Positions 1 through 11,589 of a DNA stretch of 52,228 bases are shown here, one piece after another. The position numbers and the translations under genes were made by a program. Origin of the DNA: Folioceros fuciformis (Eukaryota); NCBI GenBank assembly GCA_049999805.1, contig JBNGIO010005921.1, forward strand, positions 62,001 through 114,228, read 5' to 3'. Numbering within the stretch: the stretch's first letter is position 1; each line of letters starts with the position of its first letter. Under the pieces are notes generated by a model that ran no database searches, was not told the DNA's origin, and saw nothing but the letters and a program-made list of their open reading frames with translations.

Positions 1-103
1 TGTAATGAGATGTAGGTATTATCATTATTAGGTAATTTGATAAGATACATTAAAAGTGTACCTTATCTCGTAGCTTCTTCCATAGCCTCACTCTGCCCCT
101 GTT

Positions 104-268
104 CCATCGCATTGCCACATTCCATTGTGCTTAATCGCATTGCCACATTCCCTTGTGCTCCATCGCATTGCCACATTCCCTTTTGCTCCATCGCATTGCC
201 ACATTCCCTTGAGCTCCATTGCATTGCCCACATTCCTTTGTGCTCCATCGCATTGCCACATTCCCTTG
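104..268. repeat. 28-bp tandem minisatellite, ~6 copies (CCATCGCATTGCCACATTCCCTTGTGCT)
   Basis: Unit starts at ~104, 132, 160, 188, 216, 245. It explains the repetitive ORFs 37..404. Confidence 0.95.
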
Positions 269-496
269 GCTATACCTAGGTGTCGTGATTGCAATGGACC
301 TTCATACATGCTTGCAAAGGCTAGGCATCCTTGTGTCTATAGCCATTGAAGTGGCTGACTCATCATCCTTGGCATTGGTGGTGGGTTTTTGGGACGTTGT
401 TTAACAATTGCAACTTCAAGATAGTTGGGCTTCTCTGATTGCCAGAAGTATATGAACATATGCTAGAAGCTTGTCATTCTTTGACCAACAGCTCAT

Positions 497-1200
497 GAGC
501 TTAGTCATATAATGATGCAATGTTCAAGAGAAGAATGCGTATCTCAAAAGCTACATTTCACGCCATTTGTGCCAAGCTTAGTCATATAGTGATGCAATGT
601 TCAAGAGAAGAATGCATATTTCAAAAGCCACATTCCACGCCATTTGTGCCAAGCTTAGTCATATAGTGATGCAATGTTCAATAGAAGAATGCGTATTTCA
701 AAAGCCACATTCCACGCCATTTGTACCAAGCTTAGTCATATAGTGATGCAATGTTGAAGAGAAGTATGCGTATTTCAAAAGCCACATTCCACGGTCGTTT
801 GTGCCAAGCTTAGTCATAGAGTGATGCAATGTTGAAGAGAAGTATGCGTATTTCAAAAGCCACATTCCACGCCGTTTGTGTCAAGCTTAGTCATATAGTG
901 ATGCAATGTTCAAGAAAAGAATGCATATTTTAAAAGCTACATTCTACGGCCGTTTATGCCAAGCTTAGTCATATAGTGATGCAATGTTCAAGAGAAGAAT
1001 GCGTATTTCAAAAGCCATATTCTATGCCGTTTGTGCCAAGCTTAGTCATATAGTGATGCAATGTTTAAGAGAAGAATGCGTATTTCAAAAGCTACATTCT
1101 ACGCCTGTTTGTGCCAAGCTTAGTCATATAGTGATGCAATGTTCAAGAGAAGAATGTGTATTTCAAAAGCCACATTCCATGCCATTTGTGCCAAGCTTAG
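497..1200 (+). repeat. 77/78-bp tandem array, ~9 copies, derived from transposase N-terminal coding sequence
   Basis: AAGCTTAG recurs at ~574, 651, 728, 806, 883, 961, 1038, 1116, 1193. The unit encodes MFKRRMRISKA.FxAxCAKL. Confidence 0.95.
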
Positions 1201-1294
1201 TTCTATGTTCTTACTTAAGCTTGCAAGAGGTGACAGATTGCAGATAATTAGGGATCTCTTTGGATAGGGTTGATGTTGAATCTCTCTATGTGTT

Positions 1295-1584
1295 CACCAG
1301 TTTTGTGCAGCTTTGGTGCAAACCTTACATGATACCAATATTTCATGGCCATCACCAGTTTTGTGCAGCTTTGGTGCAAACCTTACATGATACCAATATT
1401 TCATGGCCATCACCAATTTTGTGGAGCTTTGGTGCAAACCTTACATGATACCAATATTTCATGGCCATCACCAATTTTGTGCAGCTTTGGTGCAAACCTT
1501 ACATGATACCAATATTTCATGGCATCACCAATTTTGTGTAGCTTTGGTGCAAACCTTATATGATACCAATATTTCATGGCCATC
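1295..1584 (+). repeat. 57/58-bp tandem array, 5 copies, derived from transposase coding sequence
   Basis: CACCA(G/A)TTTTGTG at 1295, 1353, 1411, 1469, 1526. The unit encodes HQFCAALVQTLHDTNISWP. Confidence 0.95.
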
Positions 1585-3534
1585 GACCGCTCATATGCAG
1601 AGGTATGCTAGCCAAGTTGAAGCCATTAGAGGCATTCCATATGTTGTAGGGGGCATGGATGGGAGCCACACACCGATCATAGGACCCCCTTTACTCTCAG
1701 TTGCTACAACTTACGGTCTCTACCCATTTCTACGTAAAGGTTTACGGCTAGGCAGTAGCCTCAATGATTGGAACTAGGTCTCTACTTATTTCTACGCATG
1801 GATTTACGGTTGGGTAGGTAGCCTCAATGATTGGAACTTGTTAAGCGTACCACACTTAGGCACTTGGGCAGATGTGTGATCGTACCACACTTGGGCAGAT
1901 GTAGATGTGTCATCGTAGTAAGGTAGGACAACATACTTTGGTGGGTACTAGCCTCGTATTTACATGTTGAGGACATATAAAGACTGAAGAGATGGATTTT
2001 CACCAGTACAACAAAATTGGAACTTTTGTCCAAAGTAGTACTCGCATGGCTATAGAGCATGTGTTTGGCATGTTAAAAGCTTGTTTCATGTGCCTTCTCA
2101 AACAGCTAGACATGAAATATATTAGGTCTCTAAGTTGGTGCAAGCATGTCTTTTTATCTTACATAACATGTGCATACAGGAAAAGCATAGTTTTGATAAT
2201 CTATCCTACATAACATGTGCATACAGGAAAAGCATGGTCTTATCAAGAGAACTTGGATACACGCTATCCACTTCATCCATCTTTTCTCCAGTTTTCTTAC
2301 TCGTGTCAATTTTTCCGAGTTTTTTAAAGTTGTCTTCTCAATCTCTCTCTTAAATCGTTTTATATTTTTTCCTCGTTCTTTCTCGTTTCTAGATTACGTC
2401 ATTCTCCTCGTCCATTAAATATTCCTCCAATAATTGCTCTTCAATAAAAAATCGATTTATCTTACTATTTTTCAAAAGATTTACCACTCACCATGTCATC
2501 ATCATGGAAAAGAGAAGATGCGGGAAAAGAGAAGATGCGGTTGTGAGGGGAAACTTAGAAAACATGACTGAAAAACCTAAAAAGATTTGGATGTTGTTAA
2601 TGTATGCATACATAACTTTATTAACAGCAGAAAATGATAAATAAATAAAATGGCTACATAACTTTACTAACTGCTGAAAATAACACTTAAAGAAATGGGT
2701 AGGATAGGTTCCTCTGGGATTCACATCTTTTTCCATTGGATATTCATACATCCGGATGGAAGACAGTGGGGCTAGCACTAAACCCTGACTCAGGCCCTCG
2801 TATCTCAATCATGATGTGTATCATGTATTCGGATTCGACATTAGGCTCACCCTCTACTGCAGGGAGTTTCCAGGCACGGTTTGCAGCAGATTCCCAGACT
2901 GGTAACCGAATTTGAAAGGGGTTTAGACACCGGACGTAGTGAGGTTTCGCACTGAACGTGCAACACGTAGGAACCGGGCTTGCAGTGCAAGTTATTTTTC
3001 CCAGGTTCCTTTCTTCCGTCAGACCCGGCCAGCAACAGGCTATCGAGGCCCTCTCATTTTTACAGAGAATTGGCGAGAAGATCAAATACAAGAGCAGCTG
3101 AAACCTACATGCACCTAGAGCGTAGCACCTGCTTGAACCTACTGCCAAAAGGAGACAGCGACACCAAGACCTGTGGTTGATAGGACCTCCCTGCAGCTGC
3201 AGAGGGCAAAGCACACATTACATCTAACAGTACTGCTTATAAGGACAGATATAGGCAGTGCTGGTAGATGCAATGTGTGATCATGAGCTGGCAGATAGAA
3301 AAATGCCCAAATGAAAAAAATCCTTCCATCGCCGACCTGAACCCAAAGATGACAAGGAATCCCCGCGTCAAGGTAAAAAAAACGACAAGACAATCATCCT
3401 CACCCTACGCGAGTAGGCTGGCACTGCTCAGTCCCTTAGATGTTCAATATGCACGACTCATCAAGGATCAGTGCAATAAAAGGTTTCATCAAAGCAGTTG
3501 CCAGCCATCAGACCGTGACACACAGAGGAAAGAA

Positions 3535-4240
3535 AAGGTGCTCAACATGTTGCAACACAACGTCCTGACAAGAAAGCACAATCCGGGCCAGGATAGCGAG
3601 TGCCGCTCCACTGAGCAGCACCATACTGCATCAGCGGCTCGTTATGGCTTCAGGGAACGGATCTAGTGGCACGGAAAAGCCAGAAGATCAGATTGAGAAG
3701 CCTTACAGTTCTCACCTTCACCTTCATGGTATCCACCTCTACAACTCAAACGGCTTCCCATACGTAAGAGAGCGGACGTGAAGGCACAAAAAGTCAGATG
3801 AAATGGACAAGCCCTACAGCGGCCAGATCTTTCATGCGAAGATAGATCCGGAAAAAACCGCCAGGAGTAACAAAGGGTTACACGACAACAATCGCCGCCT
3901 TTCACAACTTGGTGGCGTGGTGAACAGGAAGGGTGCTCGACATGTCGCAACACAACGTCCTGACAAGAAAGCACAATTCGGGCCAGGATAGCGAGTACTG
4001 CGTCAGCAGCTCGCTCTGGCTTCAGGGAACGGATCTGGTGGCACGGGAAAGCCGGAAGATCAGATTGAGAAGCCTCACGGTGACCAGATATGCCGAGGAG
4101 GCCAAATACTAAGCAGTAGCTTCTAGACACACTGGGTAAAAGCTCTACAACTCAACTGCTTCCAGGGCTTGAGAGAATGGATCTGATGACAAGAGCAAGC
4201 CAGAAGATGAGACTAACAAGCCCTGGAGTGGCCAGATCAT
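3535..4240. repeat. Diverged ~400-bp tandem duplication
   Basis: ACAACGTCCTGACAAGAAAGCACAAT...TTCAGGGAACGGATCT...GAAGATCAGATTGAGAAGCCT at ~3558-3705 and ~3952-4076. CTCTACAACTCAA at ~3737/4143. ACAAGCCCT..GGCCAGATC at ~3807/4216. Confidence 0.85.
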
Positions 4241-5283
4241 TTCTACGAGGCTAAGGGCTAAGAAACAAGCATACAACGTGCAAAACCGACAACCACAACA
4301 AAGCAAAACGGCTGGCAAATCCCATCGGACACACTACGCACGGCTAACGGGATCCTGGTGGGCTACCCACATCACGTCAAGAGACTCGACAAAAAAACGG
4401 ACTCCGCCTGTTCAACCTCAGGCTCCCTGCGCTGAAGAGGGGTCGGCACTGCGCAGAATGCCTTCTACTGGAGAAGGCCCTCCTGGAAGACAACACTCTG
4501 CTTGCCCTAAAAGGGACGCGGCTCTAAACCCTAAGCCGCTCAAGCACACATGCGGCAGCCATCCGAAATAGAACTTTACTCAACGGGCTACGTCCTCGGT
4601 AGGAGATAGTATGTGGTTCTCCGAACGTTAGTAGAAAGGTCCAAAAAATCTGCAGTACCACAAGCATCTGCAGCACCAAAGACATCAAGGACACGGTGTC
4701 ATCACGCCGGCGACACCCGTGAAGTTGACAAGTCAGAAACGGACTTTGCAGAGCAGATCTAACCTCCGGTGTGGTTCTATCAGACCAAAGTTGAGAGCTT
4801 CGGGTGTTGGCAGCATCGGTAGCTTCCATCAGGGACAATGGGGCAGCGTCTATTTGAACCTGAGCTCCAGTCCTCCTAGAAGCTGGAGGGAATCGTGTTA
4901 GAAGTCCTGGATCGTCCAGATCCAATGCATTTGGAACCTGAGGTGTCGGATCTCATCGAATCGCCGGTTGAAGATGATCTTTTGCTGGCTCTTGAGCTGA
5001 TCTGATCTGGTCTTTGTGACTTGTCACAGTACTGTGTGCTTTATCTCGTCTGCCACTGTCCGCATGCAGCTGTCTGTCATCCAGATCCAGGCGGGGAATG
5101 CGAATTGGACGATTCCCTACCCTTGGCAACGCCGGCCTGCAGCGAGTTGCTGAGATGACCTGCTGGAGGGTAAGAAGGAGGGATGGAACTTGACCGTGGT
5201 CTTTGAGAGCAAATCAAAGTCGTGGAATTGCTAATTGAACTCCCTTGGGACTCACTCCCAAATGTTGAGAGCCTTAGAACAAA

Positions 5284-6390
5284 TTGTTCAAGATGGGGAA
5301 AGGTGAGATACAGGAGACGTCGGACAACGAGGATGCCTCCGTGGTAAAGCACTTGGATCTGGAACCAGGCACTACGCTATGGCTGGAAGACGGACATTGG
5401 CAAAGTGGTTTTCAGATACAGCAAAGATTGGGAGGCAGTGAGCGGTCTGTGTACGTGGCCACTTCATGGGATGAAACATGTAAGTCCTTCGCTGTGCACA
5501 TCGGTCCATATCCTTCTTTTGTAGAGCGCTTCCAAGGCTCGTGGGAGGATACGAGTGCGTGGTTTCAGGTGCATCGACAAACTAAAGTCCTGAACGTCTT
5601 GAAACACAGGGGTGTTTCTAGTAGATTTTTGCCACAGGTCGTTGCTTCTGGAAGACTTGTCCATCCTCCGCCTTGTAAGAAGCAAAGTCCGAAGGGTAGA
5701 TGTGATCATGCCTGGTGCGGAGTTCCGGTTCTTGTCACAACTCCAGTCGGAGAACCAGTGGACCTCGTTGTGGCAAGGGAAGGCGTTTTTACTGCAGAGG
5801 AAGCCCTGCGATGCTGCCACGATTGTCTGTCCGCTTTGCGAAGTGCAGGGGCAGCCGAGATTATGCATAGTGACATTAGTCCAGATCATATCTTAAGGGC
5901 AGTGGGGGCAGATGGGGACTATTACTATGTGCTTGTCGACTGGGGTCATGCAGTTTTGGGAGGCTCAGATACCCCTGCAGTTTCTCTGAAGTTCTCATCC
6001 ACAGTGGCCCTCAAACATGGCAAGCTTCTTCCTGCGTCTGATGCTGAGAGCTTAGTGTACCTTTTGTTTTTCATTTGTGGTGGCAGTTGCCCAGAGTTCG
6101 AATCTGTAGAGGCAGCATTGAGTTGGAGACAACGAGCCTGGTCTACCCGGGCGATCCAGCAGCGACTTGGGGATGTGTCTGCTGTCCTGAAGGCGTTCGC
6201 TGATTACACTGGGAGCTTTTGTGGGACTCCATATCCTGTGGACTATGATATATGGCTGAGAAGACTGCTTAACTACGGGGGATCTCGGCGGAGGTACGAA
6301 CGTCACTCCCCTTCTCCACTACTCTCAGAGCGTCCAGCGGAGTCATCTGAATCTCCAGACTCGTGGGGGAGACCGGGAAGATACCGATGA
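5284..6390 (+). CDS. Plant-specific protein-kinase-like fold protein (resembles the Arabidopsis At2g40980 family), C-terminal part; 5' end unresolved
   Basis: 368-aa ORF with WFQVHRQTKVLNVLK, RCDHAWCGVPVLVT, HSDISPDHI (degenerate catalytic loop), LVDWGHA (DFG-like), SDAESLVYLL, FCGTPYPVDYDIWL. The ORF begins at TTG; first ATG is 5293. Confidence 0.75.
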   Translation: MFKMGKGEIQETSDNEDASVVKHLDLEPGTTLWLEDGHWQSGFQIQQRLGGSERSVYVATSWDETCKSFAVHIGPYPSFVERFQGSWEDTSAWFQVHRQTKVLNVLKHRGVSSRFLPQVVASGRLVHPPPCKKQSPKGRCDHAWCGVPVLVTTPVGEPVDLVVAREGVFTAEEALRCCHDCLSALRSAGAAEIMHSDISPDHILRAVGADGDYYYVLVDWGHAVLGGSDTPAVSLKFSSTVALKHGKLLPASDAESLVYLLFFICGGSCPEFESVEAALSWRQRAWSTRAIQQRLGDVSAVLKAFADYTGSFCGTPYPVDYDIWLRRLLNYGGSRRRYERHSPSPLLSERPAESSESPDSWGRPGRYR

Positions 6391-6599
6391 CGGCAGCTCC
6401 ATTTCCTCTAAATAAGGATGTTAGGTGAATACGTATTTATTTGTGCATAAGAATGTATTATTATGGAGGAGACAACCTTCATCTGAAAATAAATGTCCTG
6501 CGTCTTATTCCGATATATACTTGGCAACACACCAAACGAACATCTTCATGTAGAATGCTAAGAACCGACAAAGGGTCAGAAAAATGTTGCTGTTTCTAA

Positions 6600-9076
6600 C
6601 ATCTTAGTCCTTGGATGTCCTCATCCCAAACCAAGAAGCTGTGAACCAGTCCGTCCATGTCTGCTTACCAGGTCTTGACCTGCCTGCTTCCATGCCCCTC
6701 GTCCACTCCTAATGCCCTGCAGGTCTTGCGCTTGCTTCCACATCTGGGAACCAGTGTAGATGTTCGACATCAAGACGCAGGCTGGGGCCTACGTCTTGTG
6801 AGTCTAACTCCGTAGCTTTTGCAAAGGCATGCTGCCCCACCTCCACACTCCGCCACTTTCGACAAGCACCCAATGAAGTGTGCCAAACGGCAGGATCAGG
6901 AGCCATAGGCATTGTCCTCACTAAAGCTAATGCATTGTACACCTGGCCTGCACGACCTAGGAGATCCACCATGCATGCGTAGTGCTCCGCTGTTGGACTG
7001 ATACATATCCCTTACTCATAGCCTCGAAGTAATCTCTTCCCTGCTTCACTAGTCCCGCATGACTGCATACTGTTAGTACACTGAGGAACGTGATACCATC
7101 CGTCTCTATACCACCCTCACATTCTGTGAAATAAATCAAACACTACTTCACTGTCTCCGTGGCAATTATACCCAGCAATCATTGCGTTCCAGGAGACAAC
7201 ACCTCTTTCGGGTAACGAGTTGAACACCTGGCGTGCATTGACCATGCTTCCGAACTTCGCATACATATTTATCAAACTGATGACTACAAGCACATCACAT
7301 TGAAGACCTTGTTCTTCTATCTGTGCATGAAGACTCTCCCAGATGCAAAGCTGCAACATTTGCACATACATTTGCAAGAGGCATACATAAGTCACAGAGT
7401 CAGGTGCAGCGTTGCCTTCCCCTTGCATAGTCATGTAAAGGTGCAGAGCTTCATGGCCCATGCCAAGCTGGGAATAGCCAGCAATCATGGCATTCCACGT
7501 CACAACGGTTTTTCATCAAGCCCGTCAAACACAGATTGCGCATCTTCCAGGCTGGCGCACTTTGCATACATGTTAACAAGGCTGCTACCTAGACGTGCAT
7601 CGACCTGAAGCCCTTCTTTTGCGATCTGCCGATGAAGCTGCTTCCCCTTTCCCAAAGCTTGGGTACCCACACTTGCACATGCTTGCAGGATGCACACAAG
7701 GTCACAGCCGTGGGTACGGTAGTGCCTTCTTCTTGCATGACGCTGTAAAGTTGGAGGGCTTTCTTGCCCATTCCCTGCTGCAAATACCCTGCGATCATGG
7801 TATTCAATGTGACCGCATTTTTTTTTAGCAAGTCTGTCAAACACTCGTTGAGCGTCCTCCAAGCTGCCACACTTTGCATACATGTTCACCAGACTGCTGC
7901 CCACAAAGACATCAGTGTGAAATCCTCGTTCCTTAGTTTGAGCATGAAGCTGCTTCCCCGTCTCCAAAGCCAGGGTGCTCACGCTTGCACATGCCTGCAG
8001 AAGGGACACAAATGCCACCGCATCAGGTGCAGCGGTGCCTTCTTCTTGCATAGCCCTGTAAAGACCGAATGCTTCCCGCCCCCTGTCCTGCTGAGAATAT
8101 CCGGCTATTAAGGCGTTCCATGTCACCACATTTTTCCTCACAAGTCTGTCAAACACTCTTCGAGCATCTTCCGAGCTACCACACTTTGCATACATGTCCA
8201 CCAAGCAGTTGCACACAAACAAATCAAGATCCACTCCACTGAACAACCAATCAGTATGCGCCTCCTGCCCAGTTTTCAAGTCCACGGCACTTGCACAAGC
8301 CTGAAGGGCTGACACAAACACATGCCCATCCGGCTTCACACTCGAGATGCGCATGCACCGATACAACTGCATGGCCCGCTTATCTTGCCCGAGTTTAACG
8401 TGTGCAGAGATTATGGATGACCACATGAAGGCATCCGGTTCGGCCACCATGGTGAAAACATCCATCGCTTCCTGCAGACTGGCATGAGAAGCGTACATTC
8501 GCAGAACATGATTGCACAAGAACGTGTCCGACTCGAACCCGCTTTTCACAGAGAGGGCATGTACACGGCGACCAAGAACCAGGTCTCTCTGAATCACGCA
8601 TTTCTTCTACACACTGTACAAGACAGATCTAGGAATGCAACACTCTCTCTGCACCAGGACTCACAAAGCCACCACAGCCTCGCTGAGCTGCTCCTGCTGA
8701 CATAGTTTGCTAACGGTCTCAACCGCCATGCTCGTCCACCATTCTGCAGTCCGGTACGGCTCGGCACCGTCGGGAGGTCTCCCGTCGGCCGTACCGTGAC
8801 GACGAACCATCGGCGCGTCCACAGCAGCCACCGGGACATCCACCCAAGCTGCACTGCAAGGTTTCTCTCCCGAATCCCTTAACATACCAGGAAAGACAGT
8901 CGCCACAAGAGCAGCTGGCCCCAACCCCTGCCATCCAGACATTCTCTTGGACGCGTCGCAAGAGACCTCAAAAAGTCACTGTTCTGAAACACTGCGTGAC
9001 TGAAACCAAACCTCGAGTCCAGAGGACGATCCCGAGTATTATCCTCTCCATAGCTATTCACAGCACAGAACGCCAT
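6600..9076 (-). pseudogene. PLS-class PPR protein with E/E+ extension (organellar RNA-editing factor type), pseudogene
   Basis: Repeated LVDMYAKCGS..DARRVFD..VVTWNALIAGY motifs; MVDLLGRAG; WHTSLGACRKW; E+ remnant WKQAGQ..DGLVHSFLVWD. In-frame TGA (8661-8663) and TAG (~8607), plus frameshifts near ~7820, ~7700, ~7500, ~7370, ~7130, ~6980. Confidence 0.88.
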
Positions 9077-9127
9077 CCTCCATAACCCGTGTCCACCGCG
9101 ACAGGCGCCGTCATCGGCCAGGCCGCC

Positions 9128-9550
9128 TCAACCAGGTCCAACTTTAGGGATGTCGTAATGCTCGCCGAGGTTGGCCAGATACTGGTTGAACTCTTCCACC
9201 TTCTGGCGATGAGACTTACTGGCCGTCTTGGCAAGCGTACGAGCGTCCAGCTTCGCCTTCTGCTCGTCGTACCGCTTCTCGGCAGCTGTGCGGTGGTCTT
9301 CCAGACCAGTAAACTTCTCCTTCACCCGCCCTAGCTCCTCGCCCCCGCCATCCTCCGCTGCCGGTACCAGTTCCAAGCTCTCCTTCGACAGAATCTGTTG
9401 CTGTTGCTGTTGCTCTTGTTCCTCCTCCGCCAGGGAGAAACCCTCGTCCGCACTACTCCGTTTCCCTTTCTTCCTCAGGCTGCCCGACTTCACACCCAGT
9501 GCCTTCCCCTTCAGCTTCAGCCTCCCCGGAACCACATTCGCATACGACAT
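9128..9550 (-). CDS. FAM32A-like (DUF1754) small nuclear protein, single exon
   Basis: MSYANVVPGRLKLKGKAL start; RTAAEKRYDE; SHRQKVEEFNQYLANLGEHYDIPKVGPG family C-terminus. Confidence 0.92.
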   Translation of the reverse strand: MSYANVVPGRLKLKGKALGVKSGSLRKKGKRSSADEGFSLAEEEQEQQQQQQILSKESLELVPAAEDGGGEELGRVKEKFTGLEDHRTAAEKRYDEQKAKLDARTLAKTASKSHRQKVEEFNQYLANLGEHYDIPKVGPG

Positions 9551-10738
9551 CGTTTGTGCAAGCTCAAGCTCCCGCTGCCGCCCTTACTCAAACGGCAACA
9601 CCAAGTTCAAATCTTTTGCTTGTCGGACGGACCGCAAAATACAGTCCCTGCTGCATGCATATATGTAGATTTATAGCTTTGCATATCCAGCATTTATCTG
9701 GGAGCCAACTTAAGACATAGAGAGCTCGCTAACTGGGGTTGTTGTGTGTTGGTTACTTCTTATGTGGAAGTTGGAATGGTTATATGGCTGGCGTGAAGGT
9801 TGAGGCGGTCCGGGGCCGGCGCTTCAACCAACAACAATACAATGTAGGGAAACGGGAAGTGAATGGTGGGCCGTGGCAGTTCAGCGGCGAGCTGGGTCGG
9901 GGCGTGTGCCGTACGACCGGTCGGAAGCGGGTGGAGCGTGAAGGCGAAGCCACCCGATATGTCTTGGTGCCGTTGTCTCCCGCGCTTGCAAGTGAGCTAA
10001 GCGCAAGCGCCAAGTTGCTCCTGCCTGGTCGACCTCCTCCTCGTCTTGGGCTGTGGATTCTCGATCGATGCCGTGCGGCAGGCGCGCAGGTGCGTCGTCC
10101 GCCTTCCATCGCCCTCGCATTGCAATTGCTGCTGCCTAGGCCTCGCTCGCTCGCGCTCTACGCGCCTCACAATGCGCGAATCGCGTGCCATGCATCCCTC
10201 CCCCGATTAGTCGCATGCATGTCGGCTCTTCCGCAATTGCTGCCGCCTCTTCCTGCCACTGCTCTTCTCCGCCTCCGCCTCCGCTGTTGCTTTGCTCCCT
10301 GCTTGCCTGCTTTTGTGGTCCAGCGCGGGGGAACTGCCTCCTCCTGCGATCTCTCACTCTCGCCTGTTGCATGCCGAATTTCCCTGTCTGGGAGAGCAGG
10401 GAGCTGCGGCGCCAATTGCAGCAGCTCGTCGTGATTGCAAGCGGCGGGGAGCGCCGTGGTTTCCGCTGGCAACAGCCCTACCACATGTCGCACTCCCCCG
10501 CGCACGCACGCCGGGTGGGAAGGATCTTCGCTCTTCATCTGCTCCTCCGACTGCTGGTGCTGGATCTCGGCCGCAGCTGCTAGGTGCGTTGAGGTCGGTT
10601 TTTTTTCTGCGCCTGCTCCTGTTTGTAGCTGCTCTTCTGGGAAGGCGAAGATGATGCCATTTGTGTCAAAGTTTGGAGAGGTTTAGAGCACCGGATTCTA
10701 AGGTTCGGTGGCCTGCTCTCTTCTGTACATGCGCAGCG

Positions 10739-11589
10739 ATGTCCTCCAGGCGAATCTGTCCCTTCCGCGTCGGGCAGATCATCGAAGCTTTGACGCATCA
10801 GGAGGGTTACCGGGGCGGCTGGTTCAGGAGCAAGGTTGTGGACATCGAGGTGGAGGACGATGGTGAAGTCGCGTTGCAGATTCAGTACCTTGACTTCCCC
10901 GGCGAAGGCAATTTTCTGTGCAGCAGCCTGTGCCTGTGCCTGTGCCGCTTCTCCACCTGGTTTCTGTGCTTTTCAACTGCTTGCTTTGCTTAGCCTAACA
11001 TTTCGCTCACCTCCGCATGCGCAGGCTTGGAATGGATACGGCTCTACCAGGCGATACCTGGGATGCCGAACACGCGCAACTTCTTGATGTGTCGCCCCCT
11101 GCCGCTCATGCAAGCCCTCGGCGTGGTTTGCAGCGAGATTCCTTGGAAGCGAGGGGACAAGGCGGAATGGCTGCAAGACGACATCTGGTGGAAGGTTACC
11201 GTCGTCGGAACAACTGACGATGGAAGGGTGCAGGTATGGTTATGCGTACATGCATGCTTATGGACTAAACGCATGTACAGCTTCGTTTGCCACCGGCATC
11301 TTAGGAGGAGCATCACTGTGCACAGTAACGAACGTTAGGGCACGGGCTGCAGGTGCGACAGGCAGCGGCACCACTGGGAGAAGACAAGCCATGGGAGCAA
11401 AATTTTGCTCGGCCTGAGGACCTGCGGCCTGCTTTGCGTTGGACTCTTGAAAATGGATGGGCTCTTTACTATCCGTGGGCAAGGCCTGCCGGGACGCTGC
11501 ATGCAAGGACTCCTCAGCACCCGCAAGATGGGGAAGGTTCAGCATATGCCGCTGGCCTCTCCACCTTCTACAGAAGGGTTCCTTGTTAG
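10739..11589 (+). CDS. Agenet/Tudor-like domain protein; exons ~10739-10907, 11025-11233, 11353-11589 (3' end uncertain)
   Basis: FRVGQIIEALTHQEGYRGGWFRSKV, LEWIRLYQ, WKRGDKAEWLQDDIWWKVTV, DLRPALRWTLENGW. The exons splice in frame using a GC-AG first intron. Confidence 0.8.

Larger units (their letters stand above)
440..2240 (+). mobile_element. Degenerate PIF/Harbinger DDE transposase (pseudogenised, with internal tandem expansions)
   Basis: Harbinger motifs occur in the correct order across frames: RSLSFFDQ; FKRRMRISKATFHAICAKL; LKLARGDRLQIIRDLFG; HQFCAALVQTL..ISWPS; IRGIPYVVGGMDGSHTPI (first catalytic D); QSSTRMAIEHVFGMLKACF (catalytic E); ACLFILHNMCI. Many stops and frameshifts. Confidence 0.85.

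Noticed and set aside
104..1584. CRISPR-like arrays
   Set aside because: Units are head-to-tail with no unique spacers, no cas genes are present, the context is eukaryotic, and two arrays translate as Harbinger transposase.
8600..8665. In-frame stops in the PPR gene repaired by U-to-C RNA editing
   Set aside because: Such editing is organellar; this is a nuclear locus that also has several frameshifts.
9739..10700. Long overlapping ORFs (up to 231 aa) between the FAM32A-like and Agenet genes
   Set aside because: GC-rich and open in several frames on both strands, with no recognisable domain; more likely promoter/5' UTR.
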